IMG/VR virus record: IMGVR_UViG_3300037246_000311
Coordinates: 1 to 56,339 of that record
Origin: a virus
Lineage: Duplodnaviria; Caudoviricetes
DNA: 56,339 nt
Reading direction: 5' to 3' (one strand)
Shown here: positions 36,203 through 46,397 of the stretch, piece by piece
Layout of the letters: every line of letters begins with the position of its first letter
How positions within the stretch are numbered: position 1 is the first letter of the stretch
Translations under genes and position numbers: made by a program
Notes under the pieces: model-generated
Told to the model about the DNA's origin: nothing
What the model saw: the letters and a program-made list of their open reading frames with translations, nothing else
Databases searched by the model: none

Positions 36203-37411
36203 ATGGCTACAAAGCTGTCGTTGTATAACGGCGCACTGCAACTACTCGGTGAAAGGCGACTGCTGACAGACACGGACGATGTATCCACCCGCTATGACCT
36301 GGACGCTCAGTACGATATAGATGCTGTCGATTATTGCCTGGAGATAGTCAAGCCGAGGTACGCCACTTTGCTGGCCCAGCTGACTGGTGCTCCACCTGGT
36401 GGAGATACCGGCTATGCCTTCGAGGCGCCACTGCCGGCAGACTTCGTGGCCATGTTCACCCTGATCGATGGCACTCCTGCCATCTATCGGGACAACCTCG
36501 AGCAGTCACCCATCACCAGGCTGCTTCGCCAGAGCACCAACCTGCTGACAGACGTCGAGTTCCCGTTCATCCGCTACCTGATCACGCACACGGATCCGCA
36601 GCTGGTCGATATGCCGCCATCGTTCGCGAAGGTGGTCTCGGCCTACATGGCCAGGGAGCTGGCCTGGAAGTACGATCCGGACGCGGAGGAAATGGTCCAG
36701 ACAAAACTGGAGCAGCGCATCGAGGTATCGAAGTCGGTCGAGGCCGGCAACCAGCCAGAGGTCCGCGGGTTTACTCCGGACGTCCTGACCGACACACTCC
36801 GTGCGATTTACAACGACTGCCTGCAGATCCTGCAGCTGGCCCCGATCGTCAGCAACACCGACGACAGCCTGGCCAAGAACCGGATCTCGATCTCACTGCA
36901 GAATGGCCTGGTCGGCGCGGTCCTCGAGGACACTTCCTGGAACTTCGGCCTCGAGTCGGACCAGCTGTTCCACGATCCATCGATCGATCCACCCTGGGGC
37001 TACGAGTTTGTCATGGCACTGCCATCGAACTGGCACCGGATCAATGGCGTCTATGTCGATGAACTGATGCGGACCCCGCTGCGCGATTACGTCCAGCAGC
37101 TCGACCAGGGTACCGGCAACACACTGATCTACTCGAGCCAGCAAATCATTTACGTCGAGTATGTGAGCAAGGCCTTTCTGACCGACTACGATAACTGGCC
37201 TGACTTCTTCAAGCGTCTGGTCGCAGCCAGGATGGCACTCGATGCCAACATCCCTGGCGGCAACAAAGAGGCAGCGGTGGCTCAGTACACAGCACGGCGC
37301 CGTGAGGCTATGAGCACCAACGCCATCAACGGAGTGCCGAAGCGCCTGGCCCTGGGCAGCTGGAGCCGCTCACGCCTATACCGCGGGAACATCAATAGAG
37401 ATCGTCCGTAA
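36203..37411 (+). CDS. tail tubular protein A/adaptor (T7 gp11-like), tandemly duplicated
   Basis: Two repeats of YN..L..L...TDD, GY.F...LP, Y.......P..F...V.A.MA; second copy has WNF. Confidence 0.8.
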   Translation: MATKLSLYNGALQLLGERRLLTDTDDVSTRYDLDAQYDIDAVDYCLEIVKPRYATLLAQLTGAPPGGDTGYAFEAPLPADFVAMFTLIDGTPAIYRDNLEQSPITRLLRQSTNLLTDVEFPFIRYLITHTDPQLVDMPPSFAKVVSAYMARELAWKYDPDAEEMVQTKLEQRIEVSKSVEAGNQPEVRGFTPDVLTDTLRAIYNDCLQILQLAPIVSNTDDSLAKNRISISLQNGLVGAVLEDTSWNFGLESDQLFHDPSIDPPWGYEFVMALPSNWHRINGVYVDELMRTPLRDYVQQLDQGTGNTLIYSSQQIIYVEYVSKAFLTDYDNWPDFFKRLVAARMALDANIPGGNKEAAVAQYTARRREAMSTNAINGVPKRLALGSWSRSRLYRGNINRDRP

Positions 37412-40242
37412 TGGCCTCGAGTATTGGCAAGGGGCTATTCAACAAGTTCAACAGGGGCGAGGTGAGCAAGGATGCCTTTGCTCGTGAGGACGTCACCAGG
37501 ATAGACAACAGCTGCGAGATCATGGAGAACTTCGCGCCCGAGCGCCTGGGGCCGATGTCATTCCGACCTGGCACCGAGGCGATCGACTTCAGCCCTGGTG
37601 TCGTGGTCCACGCCATCGATGACGAGAGCCTCCTGGTACCCTTCCCGACATCGATTGATGATCCCTGCATGATGGTCTTCGGCACCAACTTCGGCCTGCC
37701 GTCGATCGACTTCATGCGCGGCAACACCTACCAGTTCTTCGAGAGAGCACTCACCACCACGACCTGGCTCGAGGGCGACTTCGGGATCCCGCTGGGTACC
37801 GGCTGGACCGACGACGATGTCGGTGGCGCCGTGAGCAGCATCGCAGGTGGCCGGCTGACCATGACCGGCACCGGCACCGACGAGGCCAAGGTCCATCAAA
37901 CCTCGAGCACCACCGAGCCAGATGTCGAGCACGGATTCTTTTTCGTGGTGGACAAGGGTGAGGTCCTTTGCCAGATCGGTACTGGCGGCGTTGACTCCGC
38001 GGATCTGTTCGAGTCATTCCTGCAGATCGGCTACCACCACATCGCGGTCAACCCAGGCAGCGACGACATCACTGTCACGCTGTCGAACTCGAACCTGCGC
38101 CAGGGCAGAATGCTCGACGCTGAACTTCTCGGTGACGTTGCCATCGATGTGCAGCTCGAGACCGCACTGCGCTGTTCAATCCTGCAGGGTGGTGCCTTTG
38201 CCTACCCGATCCTGCGCTCACTGCGCTGGGCTGGATCCGCGGACATCATGTACTTCTGTGGTGGCCGTGACGTCGAGCAGGGCTTCCAGGGCTGGCTACC
38301 GTTTGAGGTACGCCGGCACAACCCGACCAGCTTCTCGGTCCAGAGATTCGTGAATGTCTTCGGACCCTACCAGACCATCAACATCGGCAACGTCACGATG
38401 GAACCGCAAGGCGCCATCGATGGCAACATGACGGTCGCCCCGAGCCGGCCATACTTCGAGGCATCGGCGCCGGCTTACGGCTTCGGCAACAATGACTACG
38501 GCTTCGGTACCCTGCTGAAGATCGCAGTTAATGGCCAGATCCAGAGCGTGTCCGGCATCGCTGCCAACACGGCCACTGCCGGCGTATTCGTTTTCGGTAC
38601 CGGCGATGCCAGGAACTTCGACATCAGCGTCACCCAGACAGGTGGCTACACCCGCATCGAGCTGCAGAAATCGTTCGATGAGATCACCTGGCAGCTGGTA
38701 CCTGGTGAGGCCTACACTGCCGGCACCACGTTCACCAAGACTTTCAATGACGGCCTCGATGGCGCCGAGATCTTCTACCGCCTGCAGCTGATCACACCAG
38801 GTGGCGCTGCGACACTGACCATGCAGATCGATTACGCCTACGGCACTCTCGAGAGCCAGGGCCGAGTGGTCGAGAACGACAACAACCAGGACGTCGAGAT
38901 CGAATGGTTCGTTGCCTTCAATGGCCCGATCGGCGTCGAGTATCCTGACTGGTTCATCGGATCCTGGGGTGGCAAGCGTGGCATGCCGACCGCGTGTGCA
39001 TTCCATGAAGGCCGGCTGTGGTTCGCTGGTGGCAATCAGATCTGGGGATCCGAGTCCGACTTCTACGAGAGCTTCGACCGATTGATCGAGGGCGCGAGTG
39101 CGTCCATCCAGAAGACCATCGGCTTCGGTGCTGCCGAGAAGATCCACTGGCTTGCACCATCTGCCAGGCTGGTTGCGGCCACAGCGATCGCGGAGATCGA
39201 TGTACGCTCGAGCGCCTTCGGTGAGATCCTGACGCCAGAGAACACCAACCTCAAGGCCGGCTCGGACATGGGTACCGCGGACATCGTGCCGATCGTACTC
39301 GACAACGAGATCCTGTTCATCCAACGCGGTGGCAAGAAACTGATCGGCATCGACTTCAACATGAACGCCGAGAAGCATGCGGTCGAAGATTTCAACATGC
39401 TCAACAACGACATCCTCCGTGCCGGCGATGGCGTGGTGCAGATCGTGTTCGCCAGGAACCCAGAGACCCGCGTCTACATCGTGATGAACGATGGCACCAT
39501 GCGCGTCCTCCTGCGCGACATCACTGAGGGGATCCTCGGCTGGTCGCGCATGACCATCCGAGACAATGCGCTCGGTCAGGAGAACGTCACCAGCGTGGCA
39601 GTGCTGCCAGGCAATGACGAGGACGAGGTCTGGATCACCACCGATTCAGCCAAGGTCCTGAAGTTCGCACCATTCAGCAAGGCCGAGGGACAGCTCGACT
39701 CCAGGCACTACGATTCATTCCAGTATTTCGCCTCACCTGGTAGCACGACACTGACCCTGCACAGCCTGGGCAATGGCACCACGGTTGGCGCCTGGGTTGA
39801 TGGTACCGATGTCGGTGACTTCACTGTCTCCGGTGGCCAGATCACTGGCGTCACTGGTGCGGATGTCGCGGCCAATGTCACGGTCGGGTACCGCTACGAG
39901 GCAACCTACCTGTCCAACAAGCTGACCGACTTCGCAGGGATCTCGGTCGTGGCCCAGCGCAAGCGGATCGTCAACACCGGACTGCTGATGCGCAACTATG
40001 TCACAGGTGTGGTCACGGTCGGATTCGACCTGGACAACCTGGCACCGATGCCGACCATCGAGGACGGCAAGGCAGTGGTTGTCGGCACCGAAGAGTACGA
40101 TCATTTTCCTTTCCCGTACAACGGCACCAGCGAGACCGATCCACGGATCGCGATCAAGGCCACCGGCCCAGTGAAAATGCTGGCCTACGTTTACGATGTG
40201 AAAGACACCGCGTCCAAGACGCCAACGAAGACGGGACAATAA
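37411..40242 (+). CDS. tail tubular protein B/nozzle (T7 gp12-like)
   Basis: FNRGEVS, NF.P...GP...RPGT, P....FHEGRLWF, W.S....Y.SF, GWSR, VGY.Y. Confidence 0.88.
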   Translation: MASSIGKGLFNKFNRGEVSKDAFAREDVTRIDNSCEIMENFAPERLGPMSFRPGTEAIDFSPGVVVHAIDDESLLVPFPTSIDDPCMMVFGTNFGLPSIDFMRGNTYQFFERALTTTTWLEGDFGIPLGTGWTDDDVGGAVSSIAGGRLTMTGTGTDEAKVHQTSSTTEPDVEHGFFFVVDKGEVLCQIGTGGVDSADLFESFLQIGYHHIAVNPGSDDITVTLSNSNLRQGRMLDAELLGDVAIDVQLETALRCSILQGGAFAYPILRSLRWAGSADIMYFCGGRDVEQGFQGWLPFEVRRHNPTSFSVQRFVNVFGPYQTINIGNVTMEPQGAIDGNMTVAPSRPYFEASAPAYGFGNNDYGFGTLLKIAVNGQIQSVSGIAANTATAGVFVFGTGDARNFDISVTQTGGYTRIELQKSFDEITWQLVPGEAYTAGTTFTKTFNDGLDGAEIFYRLQLITPGGAATLTMQIDYAYGTLESQGRVVENDNNQDVEIEWFVAFNGPIGVEYPDWFIGSWGGKRGMPTACAFHEGRLWFAGGNQIWGSESDFYESFDRLIEGASASIQKTIGFGAAEKIHWLAPSARLVAATAIAEIDVRSSAFGEILTPENTNLKAGSDMGTADIVPIVLDNEILFIQRGGKKLIGIDFNMNAEKHAVEDFNMLNNDILRAGDGVVQIVFARNPETRVYIVMNDGTMRVLLRDITEGILGWSRMTIRDNALGQENVTSVAVLPGNDEDEVWITTDSAKVLKFAPFSKAEGQLDSRHYDSFQYFASPGSTTLTLHSLGNGTTVGAWVDGTDVGDFTVSGGQITGVTGADVAANVTVGYRYEATYLSNKLTDFAGISVVAQRKRIVNTGLLMRNYVTGVVTVGFDLDNLAPMPTIEDGKAVVVGTEEYDHFPFPYNGTSETDPRIAIKATGPVKMLAYVYDVKDTASKTPTKTGQ

Positions 40243-40243
40243 A

Positions 40244-40792
40244 ATGCCAATGAACTGGGGTGCAGTCATCTCAAGTGTCGGACAGAGTTTCCTGTCGATG
40301 AATGAGGCGTACAACAAGTCGAAGATCCTCGAGTCGCAGAGCAAGCTCGACTTCACCCTGGCCGGTATCGAAGCCAGGCAGATGGATCGTGCGGCCACCG
40401 GCATCGAGAACCAGGGCGTCCGTGCGGCGATGATCGAACAGTACAAGACCAGGGTGGTCACCTCCGATGCCATCGCGGCCATGGCTGCAGGTGGTGGTGG
40501 TGTGGACCCATTGATGCTGGCCAAGATCAAGCAGCGCGGCGACTACAATTCCATGTCGGCCATCTTTGATGCCAGGACCGAGGCCATCGATCTGCGCTAC
40601 CAGGCAGACATGACTCGCATCGGCGCCGAGTACGAAAAGGGCGCCAGCAAACGCTACGGCAAGTCACTGCGGCGTGAGGCAACGACCGGCGCCGTTTTCA
40701 ATTCGATGGACCTGTTCGCCAAGGCGTACTCGCCCAAACCTAAAACCAAGCCAGCTAAGTACGAGCACTGGCAATCAAGCCCGAGTTTCTAA
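40244..40792 (+). CDS. internal virion (ejection) protein, gp14-like
   Basis: Ala/Gly-rich helical, A.MAAGG.GVD; position after the nozzle. Confidence 0.7.
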   Translation: MPMNWGAVISSVGQSFLSMNEAYNKSKILESQSKLDFTLAGIEARQMDRAATGIENQGVRAAMIEQYKTRVVTSDAIAAMAAGGGGVDPLMLAKIKQRGDYNSMSAIFDARTEAIDLRYQADMTRIGAEYEKGASKRYGKSLRREATTGAVFNSMDLFAKAYSPKPKTKPAKYEHWQSSPSF

Positions 40793-42618
40793 TGGCCACT
40801 ATTCCAACAGCTGAAGACCTGGGCCTCCGCGCCCCGACCACGGTTGCCCGAGGCGCCTCCACTCGAGGCGTTCTAACGGGTCGTGCCAGGGCAATGGACC
40901 TGAAGTCGGTCGAGACTACCGCTGCCCAGGAAGGCCTGAAAGAGGTAAGCGACCGCATCGCCAACGAAGAGCTGGCCACTGCCGAGGTCCAGTTCCAGCT
41001 GGGCGCTATGGCCGAGGCCAACAAGTACAAAGACGATCCGGATCTCGACACCATCGAAGAGCGCCACGCTGCCGGCATGCAGGACCAGCTGGGCAAGGCC
41101 TCGGCCAACATCACCAGCGCCAAGACTCGAGCACTGTTTATCACCCGCGGTGAGCTGGGCGTGGCCAGGGCCAACTACAACATTTCCGAGAAGACTACGG
41201 CCAGGAAGAACGATCGCGAGAAAGGCCACATGGCCAACGCCATCGACCTGATGGTGAAGGGCGGCATGGATCTCGAGTACGGGGATCCAGGTACCGCCGC
41301 GGTCGGCATCCAGCTGACCCTGGACTCGATGGTCGAGCGCAACGTCATCAGCGCCGTCGATGGCCAGCAAACCATGAAGAAGGCCCAGCTCGACATGGCC
41401 TACGGCAGGCTGAAGCAGATGGCACCGGAACAGCAGCTCGAGATCTTGAACAGCCCAGATCCGAAGACGCAGAAGTGGCTGGCCGATGTGCCGCCCGATG
41501 TGCTCCGCAGCCTGAAGGATGAAGCTCTGCGCCAGGAAGCAAACGGCAGGGCCTTGACCATGGCCTTCGAGATGTCGGGCATGGACGAGGCCGAAGGCCT
41601 GGCGAAGCTCGAGCAGGATTTTGTCAACGGTGATCTCTCTGACGCCGACTACGAGAAGACCCGCCTGCGGTTCATGCGCGTGAAGAATGACCAGGATACC
41701 GTGCAGCTGAATGCCATCGAGGCCTACCTCGAGGAAGGCATGGCTGAGATCGCTTACGGCAGTACCACGGTCGCGCAGATCGAGTCCACACCTGGTGGCA
41801 TCGACATGCTGAAGAAGATGACCCAGGCCCAGCGTAACAACCTGTACGCGGCTGAAGACAACGCGATGAAACGTGCTGCCGGCATGGGCCTCAAGTACTC
41901 CGACTGGCCCACGAAGTCTCACCTGCGAGAGCTGCTGGCGACAGACCAGCATGTCAAGGCTCGTAAGTACTGGTCCGAAAATTCAGCGAAGTTCAACGAT
42001 GGTGACTGGAAGTACTTCAATGCGGCGACCTCACCCTCGAAGAGCAAGGCAGCTGAGTGGGATCCAATCCGGTCAGCGCGTCAAACCCTGGCCGAGTACA
42101 AGAAGCAGAACAAGGATATGACCGACCAGCAGGAGTCGGACATCTGGGATCGGATCGATGTCAAATCCAAGACGTACTTCAACGAGAACAATGGCAAGAA
42201 GGCACCCGATGCGCTGATGAATGAGTGGATCGATTTTGAGTTCATCAAGATCAAGCACACTGAAAACTGGTGGCCCGATGAAGAGAAGTTCCTGTTCCAG
42301 ATGGATAACACCGGCCTGCTGCAGCGTGACGAGGTTGTGGCCCAGATCGACTTCCTCCAGGAAGCGACCACCCTACCTCGAGCAGCCGCTGGCCAGCTGA
42401 TGGCTGGGTACTCCGGTGACAACTACGAGTTCGTGCCGAAGATGAAGGAGGCGCTCGGCGTGGTGCGCTCGGAGTTCCCGAACGAGGAGCCGTGGCAGCA
42501 CTGGGCGCGTATCAAAAGGTACCTGCATATTGACGAGGGAGGACCGGCGCAGGGATTCACGGGTAACCCATCGGTCGAGGACAAAGTCGGTCTCGGCCTC
42601 AATATCCCAGGGCAGTAG
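40792..42618 (+). CDS. internal virion protein, gp15-like
   Basis: MA.IPT start, helical 608 aa; position. Confidence 0.7.
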   Translation: MATIPTAEDLGLRAPTTVARGASTRGVLTGRARAMDLKSVETTAAQEGLKEVSDRIANEELATAEVQFQLGAMAEANKYKDDPDLDTIEERHAAGMQDQLGKASANITSAKTRALFITRGELGVARANYNISEKTTARKNDREKGHMANAIDLMVKGGMDLEYGDPGTAAVGIQLTLDSMVERNVISAVDGQQTMKKAQLDMAYGRLKQMAPEQQLEILNSPDPKTQKWLADVPPDVLRSLKDEALRQEANGRALTMAFEMSGMDEAEGLAKLEQDFVNGDLSDADYEKTRLRFMRVKNDQDTVQLNAIEAYLEEGMAEIAYGSTTVAQIESTPGGIDMLKKMTQAQRNNLYAAEDNAMKRAAGMGLKYSDWPTKSHLRELLATDQHVKARKYWSENSAKFNDGDWKYFNAATSPSKSKAAEWDPIRSARQTLAEYKKQNKDMTDQQESDIWDRIDVKSKTYFNENNGKKAPDALMNEWIDFEFIKIKHTENWWPDEEKFLFQMDNTGLLQRDEVVAQIDFLQEATTLPRAAAGQLMAGYSGDNYEFVPKMKEALGVVRSEFPNEEPWQHWARIKRYLHIDEGGPAQGFTGNPSVEDKVGLGLNIPGQ

Positions 42619-42620
42619 CG

Positions 42621-45119
42621 ATGGCTCTTACTGCAGAAGATCTCGAGCTACTACGGGGCGACATCAGTGACGCGGTTGATCCCTCGTTGGAGCGAACAGA
42701 TGTCCAGGTCAACGCCAACCTGGTACGCGCTGCCGATGGCAATGCAGACCAGTATGCTGCTGACCGAAAGCTCGGCCAGGAGACTGGCGTCAGCACCGAC
42801 ATCGCCTCGCGCAACCGGCCCCAGCTGGAGAAGCTGAAGTACCTCGATGAGCTGGATCTCCAGGCGCTTCGGGAAACTCCTGTCACCCAGGAGTGGTTGA
42901 AGAACGACGAGAACGCCAAGATCGCCTACGACGACATCGCCGTGCTGCAGAAGTTCGAGCGCGAGAGCGACCGCACCTGGTGGGAAGCCGGCGAAAAAGC
43001 ATTCGAGAATTTCGGGAAGTCTTCCCTGCTCGGCCTGGGTAAAGCCTGGGATGGTATCGCTCTCGCAGTTCTGAACGAAGCGAAGGAAGGCCAGGGGCCT
43101 GGGAGCGTAGCCTCGATGGAACGCTTCGAGCAAAACCTGAACCTCACTGACGAGCAGAAAGCCAAGCGGGAAGTGTGGAAGGAAGAGGCAGCAGCCAACC
43201 GCGAGAAGCTGATCGGTGAACGCAGACTCAGCATGGAGAAGGCCGAGAAAGAAATCGGCAGGCTGACTCCCAGGGGCATGACCGTGATGGAAGAAAGTAT
43301 CCGCGGCGGCATGCAGATGGGTATCGATTTTGCACCAGGCCTGATTGTCTCAGCTGTTACCCGCGGCAGGATCAACCCGACACTGGCACTCATGGGCGTC
43401 AAGGTCTACGGCGAAAGCTACTCCAGCGCCATCCTCGAGGGCCTGGACCACAAGACCGCGATGCGGTATGCGACCATCGATACGGTTATCGAGATCGCAA
43501 CTGAACGATTCCCAGTCAAGCGCCTCGAGGGCGTGGTCGGGGATCTCGGTGGCAAGAGCGTCAAGTCCTGGATGAAGCGATTCCTGTTCGAGGACATCGT
43601 CGGTGAGCAGGCAGCTGCACTCGGCCAGACCATGAACGCCTACGCGCACGACCTGGACGAGGAGCTGGCCAACGCCAGGGACTGGAAGGAGATGATGGAC
43701 ATCCAGGGTCGTCGCCAGGCTGTCGCTCTGATCTCCACAATGATCGGTGGTGGATCCATTGCCGGCACTGTCAAGAGCGTTGACTACCTGGCCAGTCGTG
43801 AACAACGTGCCATGACCAAGCTGATGTCCGACACGAATAAGCGACGAGGATCCGAGTTCGATCAGAAGCGCCTCGACTCCCTGATCTCCCTGTCCCAGGC
43901 CAGCAAGACCAACGAACGCGCTGCCGATGTGTTCCAGGAACTGGTGGACAAGATGGATCCGGACCAGCAGATCTACATGGATGCCGAGGCCGTCGAGCTG
44001 CTGGACAACCCGCCTGCCTACCTGGTCGAACAAATGGTGGATGGATCCGGTGGCACCGTGAGCATGCCGCTGTCCACATTCCTGAAGGACTTCGCCAACG
44101 ATGACAAGCTGATGGAGATCGTGCGCCCGTTCATCAAGACCAACGAGAAGCACCATAACCAGACCGAAACCGAGCAGGAGGATGACAGTGACTACATCAA
44201 GACGATACTCGCCAAGGCAGCTGAGACCCAAGAGACAAAGAGTACAGCTGACGCGATCTATGAGCAGGTCACTGATCAGCTTATCGCGACAGGCCAACTC
44301 TCGGCAGCGTCTGCACGGCAGGCAGCAGCCCTCGTCCCAGCGCAGGTCACCGTACAGTATGAATATCTCAAGAGTACAGGTTACAAGAACGAGGATGGAT
44401 CCGAGGTCACGCTCGAGCAGGTCTTTGCCACCATCGGCCTCGAGATCGTCGGACCCCAGGTCGATGTCGCGGCGGTAGATTTCATCAACCAGGATGACGT
44501 TCCCGACTCCCAGAAGCCGCTCGTCAGTGGCCTGGCCTTGTTGCCATCCGCGGACCAGGAGACCATCCAGGCCGCGGCGTTCCAGTCACCCGATGGCAGT
44601 GTCGGTGACAACACGCAGCTGATGGATTTCTTTGCCAGGAAAGCCGGCTACAAGAATGCTACCGAGTACAACGCTGCGGTGCGCCAGCAGGACGAGGCCT
44701 ACGATGCCTTGCTCCAGGATCCTGCGCAGCTGATGCTCCTGGCCAACAACCCAGAGATGGCATTGAACATGGACATCGGTGAAGCGTACAAGACCATCGC
44801 ACTGGCGGTCGCCAACAAGCGAGGCCTGCGGATCCTCCGAGATCGCGCCGAGGTCCAGCAGCTCGAGGACTCCCTGGCTGACGCCACGCCCGAGGAGCTG
44901 ACCTCGATCATCGCGAACGAGTTCCAGGACACTGCAGAGATTTTAGATTTCCCGAGGGTTCTCAAGCAGCAGAACTTCAGTACCATTGAGCTGGTCGAGG
45001 ACAGGGTCGATGCTGCCGGCAACGCTCTGACCATCACCGAGAATGCGGGAGAGCTGTGGGACCAGCAGCAAGAGCGCATGAACAACATTGAAAAATTGAG
45101 GAACTGTCTCCGTGGCTGA
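42621..45119 (+). CDS. internal virion protein
   Basis: 832 aa helical; NAKIA.DD...L and QL.ATG motifs; ends NCLRG. Confidence 0.7.
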   Translation: MALTAEDLELLRGDISDAVDPSLERTDVQVNANLVRAADGNADQYAADRKLGQETGVSTDIASRNRPQLEKLKYLDELDLQALRETPVTQEWLKNDENAKIAYDDIAVLQKFERESDRTWWEAGEKAFENFGKSSLLGLGKAWDGIALAVLNEAKEGQGPGSVASMERFEQNLNLTDEQKAKREVWKEEAAANREKLIGERRLSMEKAEKEIGRLTPRGMTVMEESIRGGMQMGIDFAPGLIVSAVTRGRINPTLALMGVKVYGESYSSAILEGLDHKTAMRYATIDTVIEIATERFPVKRLEGVVGDLGGKSVKSWMKRFLFEDIVGEQAAALGQTMNAYAHDLDEELANARDWKEMMDIQGRRQAVALISTMIGGGSIAGTVKSVDYLASREQRAMTKLMSDTNKRRGSEFDQKRLDSLISLSQASKTNERAADVFQELVDKMDPDQQIYMDAEAVELLDNPPAYLVEQMVDGSGGTVSMPLSTFLKDFANDDKLMEIVRPFIKTNEKHHNQTETEQEDDSDYIKTILAKAAETQETKSTADAIYEQVTDQLIATGQLSAASARQAAALVPAQVTVQYEYLKSTGYKNEDGSEVTLEQVFATIGLEIVGPQVDVAAVDFINQDDVPDSQKPLVSGLALLPSADQETIQAAAFQSPDGSVGDNTQLMDFFARKAGYKNATEYNAAVRQQDEAYDALLQDPAQLMLLANNPEMALNMDIGEAYKTIALAVANKRGLRILRDRAEVQQLEDSLADATPEELTSIIANEFQDTAEILDFPRVLKQQNFSTIELVEDRVDAAGNALTITENAGELWDQQQERMNNIEKLRNCLRG

Positions 45120-45546
45120 TCCGATTAGTAAGCAGGAAATTGCAGAGATTGAGAAGCGTGGCGGCAAGGTGTCGCTGATGGCCAAGATCGTTTCGATCCC
45201 AGGGCTGGAGAAGCTGGTGCGTCATTTCCATGAGATGAAGCACGAGCAGACCAAGACCTACGCTGCGGTCCATGCTGCGAAGATTGCGAAGCTCGACCAG
45301 CTCATCGAGGCGGTCAAAGGGAGCAAGGGTGACATGATGCCGGTGATGGTTGAGCTGATCAAAATCCAGAAGGAACATGTCACATTGATCGCAGACTTCA
45401 ACGCGCACAAGGAGCACTGCGACCAGGAAGACGACGACGAGCCATGCGCGTACAGGGTCACCGGCAAGCGCGACCGCCGCGGGTTCATCGACCTGGAAGT
45501 AGGCCTGCTGTTTACGCCGGTACCGAAGGAGGAGAACGATGAGTGA
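45112..45546 (+). CDS. hypothetical protein
   Basis: GTG start overlapping the upstream stop; C-terminal RD.RGFI. Confidence 0.6.
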   Translation: MADPISKQEIAEIEKRGGKVSLMAKIVSIPGLEKLVRHFHEMKHEQTKTYAAVHAAKIAKLDQLIEAVKGSKGDMMPVMVELIKIQKEHVTLIADFNAHKEHCDQEDDDEPCAYRVTGKRDRRGFIDLEVGLLFTPVPKEENDE

Positions 45547-45706
45547 CGGCATGAGATCTCGCAAGTTCTGGATGGCCTGCTTCATCCTGTTCGTGTCGGC
45601 CATTGGATTGTTCTGGTCGCTGATTGATGGTGGCACCTGGGTGGCCGCAAGCTCCTTGTGCCTGGGCATTTACGGTGCCGCGAATGTGATGGAGAAGAAG
45701 CAGTGA
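45539..45706 (+). CDS. putative holin, 55 aa (not in ORF track)
   Basis: GGAGGAG RBS; MSDGMRSRKFWMACFILFVSAIGLFWSLIDGGTWVAASSLCLGIYGAANVMEKKQ has two TMs, an SRKFW motif and two possible starts. Confidence 0.65.
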   Translation: MSDGMRSRKFWMACFILFVSAIGLFWSLIDGGTWVAASSLCLGIYGAANVMEKKQ

Positions 45707-46002
45707 CCCTGACCAAAACACAAACCATCATCGGCATCTGCGCGTCATCGATCGTTGTCCTGGCGTTCGTGTTCGCCGGCATCCTGTGGGCAGCTGAGAC
45801 TCACTTCGAGACTGTCCACGCGCACAACGTCAGCATGGAGCTGGCCGCGTCCAGCTTCGACAAGGCGCTGAAGACTGAGGCTGCGCGTGAGATCAAGCGA
45901 GAGATTCGCCGGCTCGAGTACCGTGAGAAAAAAGGCATCATCACCGACCAGGAGCTGTACGAGCTGCAAGGCCTGTACCAGGAGCTGAAGGATCTGTCGT
46001 GA
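45703..46002 (+). CDS. single-TM coiled-coil membrane protein
   Basis: GTGA overlap; TM then heptads. Confidence 0.6.
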   Translation: MTLTKTQTIIGICASSIVVLAFVFAGILWAAETHFETVHAHNVSMELAASSFDKALKTEAAREIKREIRRLEYREKKGIITDQELYELQGLYQELKDLS

Positions 46003-46397
46003 AGATTTCCTACTATTTTTCCCTGTTTTTCCCACTCCTGTTTGTGGTAGGGATTGCCGATGCTCACAAGAAGCACGGCCACCACCACGAGGCGCCTGTG
46101 ATCACCAACGTGACCGAGGTGACCAACGTGACCAACGTGACGACCGGCATCGAGGACGACGAGTTCAATGGTGCGATCGCCGCGGCCCTGGCAGCTGACG
46201 CGATCCACTGCACCACCAGCTCACGCAAGCACCAGATGGGGATCGGGATGGGCAACAGCGATGGCCAGAGCGGTGTCGCCATTGGCTACTGCCACAGCGT
46301 CGAGATCCAGAACCAGCCGGTCATGATCGGCATCAAGGCCTCGAGCGCCGAGGACACTGATGCGAAATATAGTGTCGGCCTCAACTGGACTTTCTGA
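45999..46397 (+). CDS. miniature trimeric autotransporter (YadA-like anchor)
   Basis: Signal peptide ending ADA; GAIAAALAA helix; GIGMG..DGQSGVAIG strands; terminal GLNWTF. Confidence 0.75.
   Translation: MKISYYFSLFFPLLFVVGIADAHKKHGHHHEAPVITNVTEVTNVTNVTTGIEDDEFNGAIAAALAADAIHCTTSSRKHQMGIGMGNSDGQSGVAIGYCHSVEIQNQPVMIGIKASSAEDTDAKYSVGLNWTF

Noticed and set aside
44182-44478. Nested +1 ORF in the 832-aa internal protein
   Set aside because: Ser/Arg-rich shadow-frame composition; GGAGG abuts the ATG with no spacing
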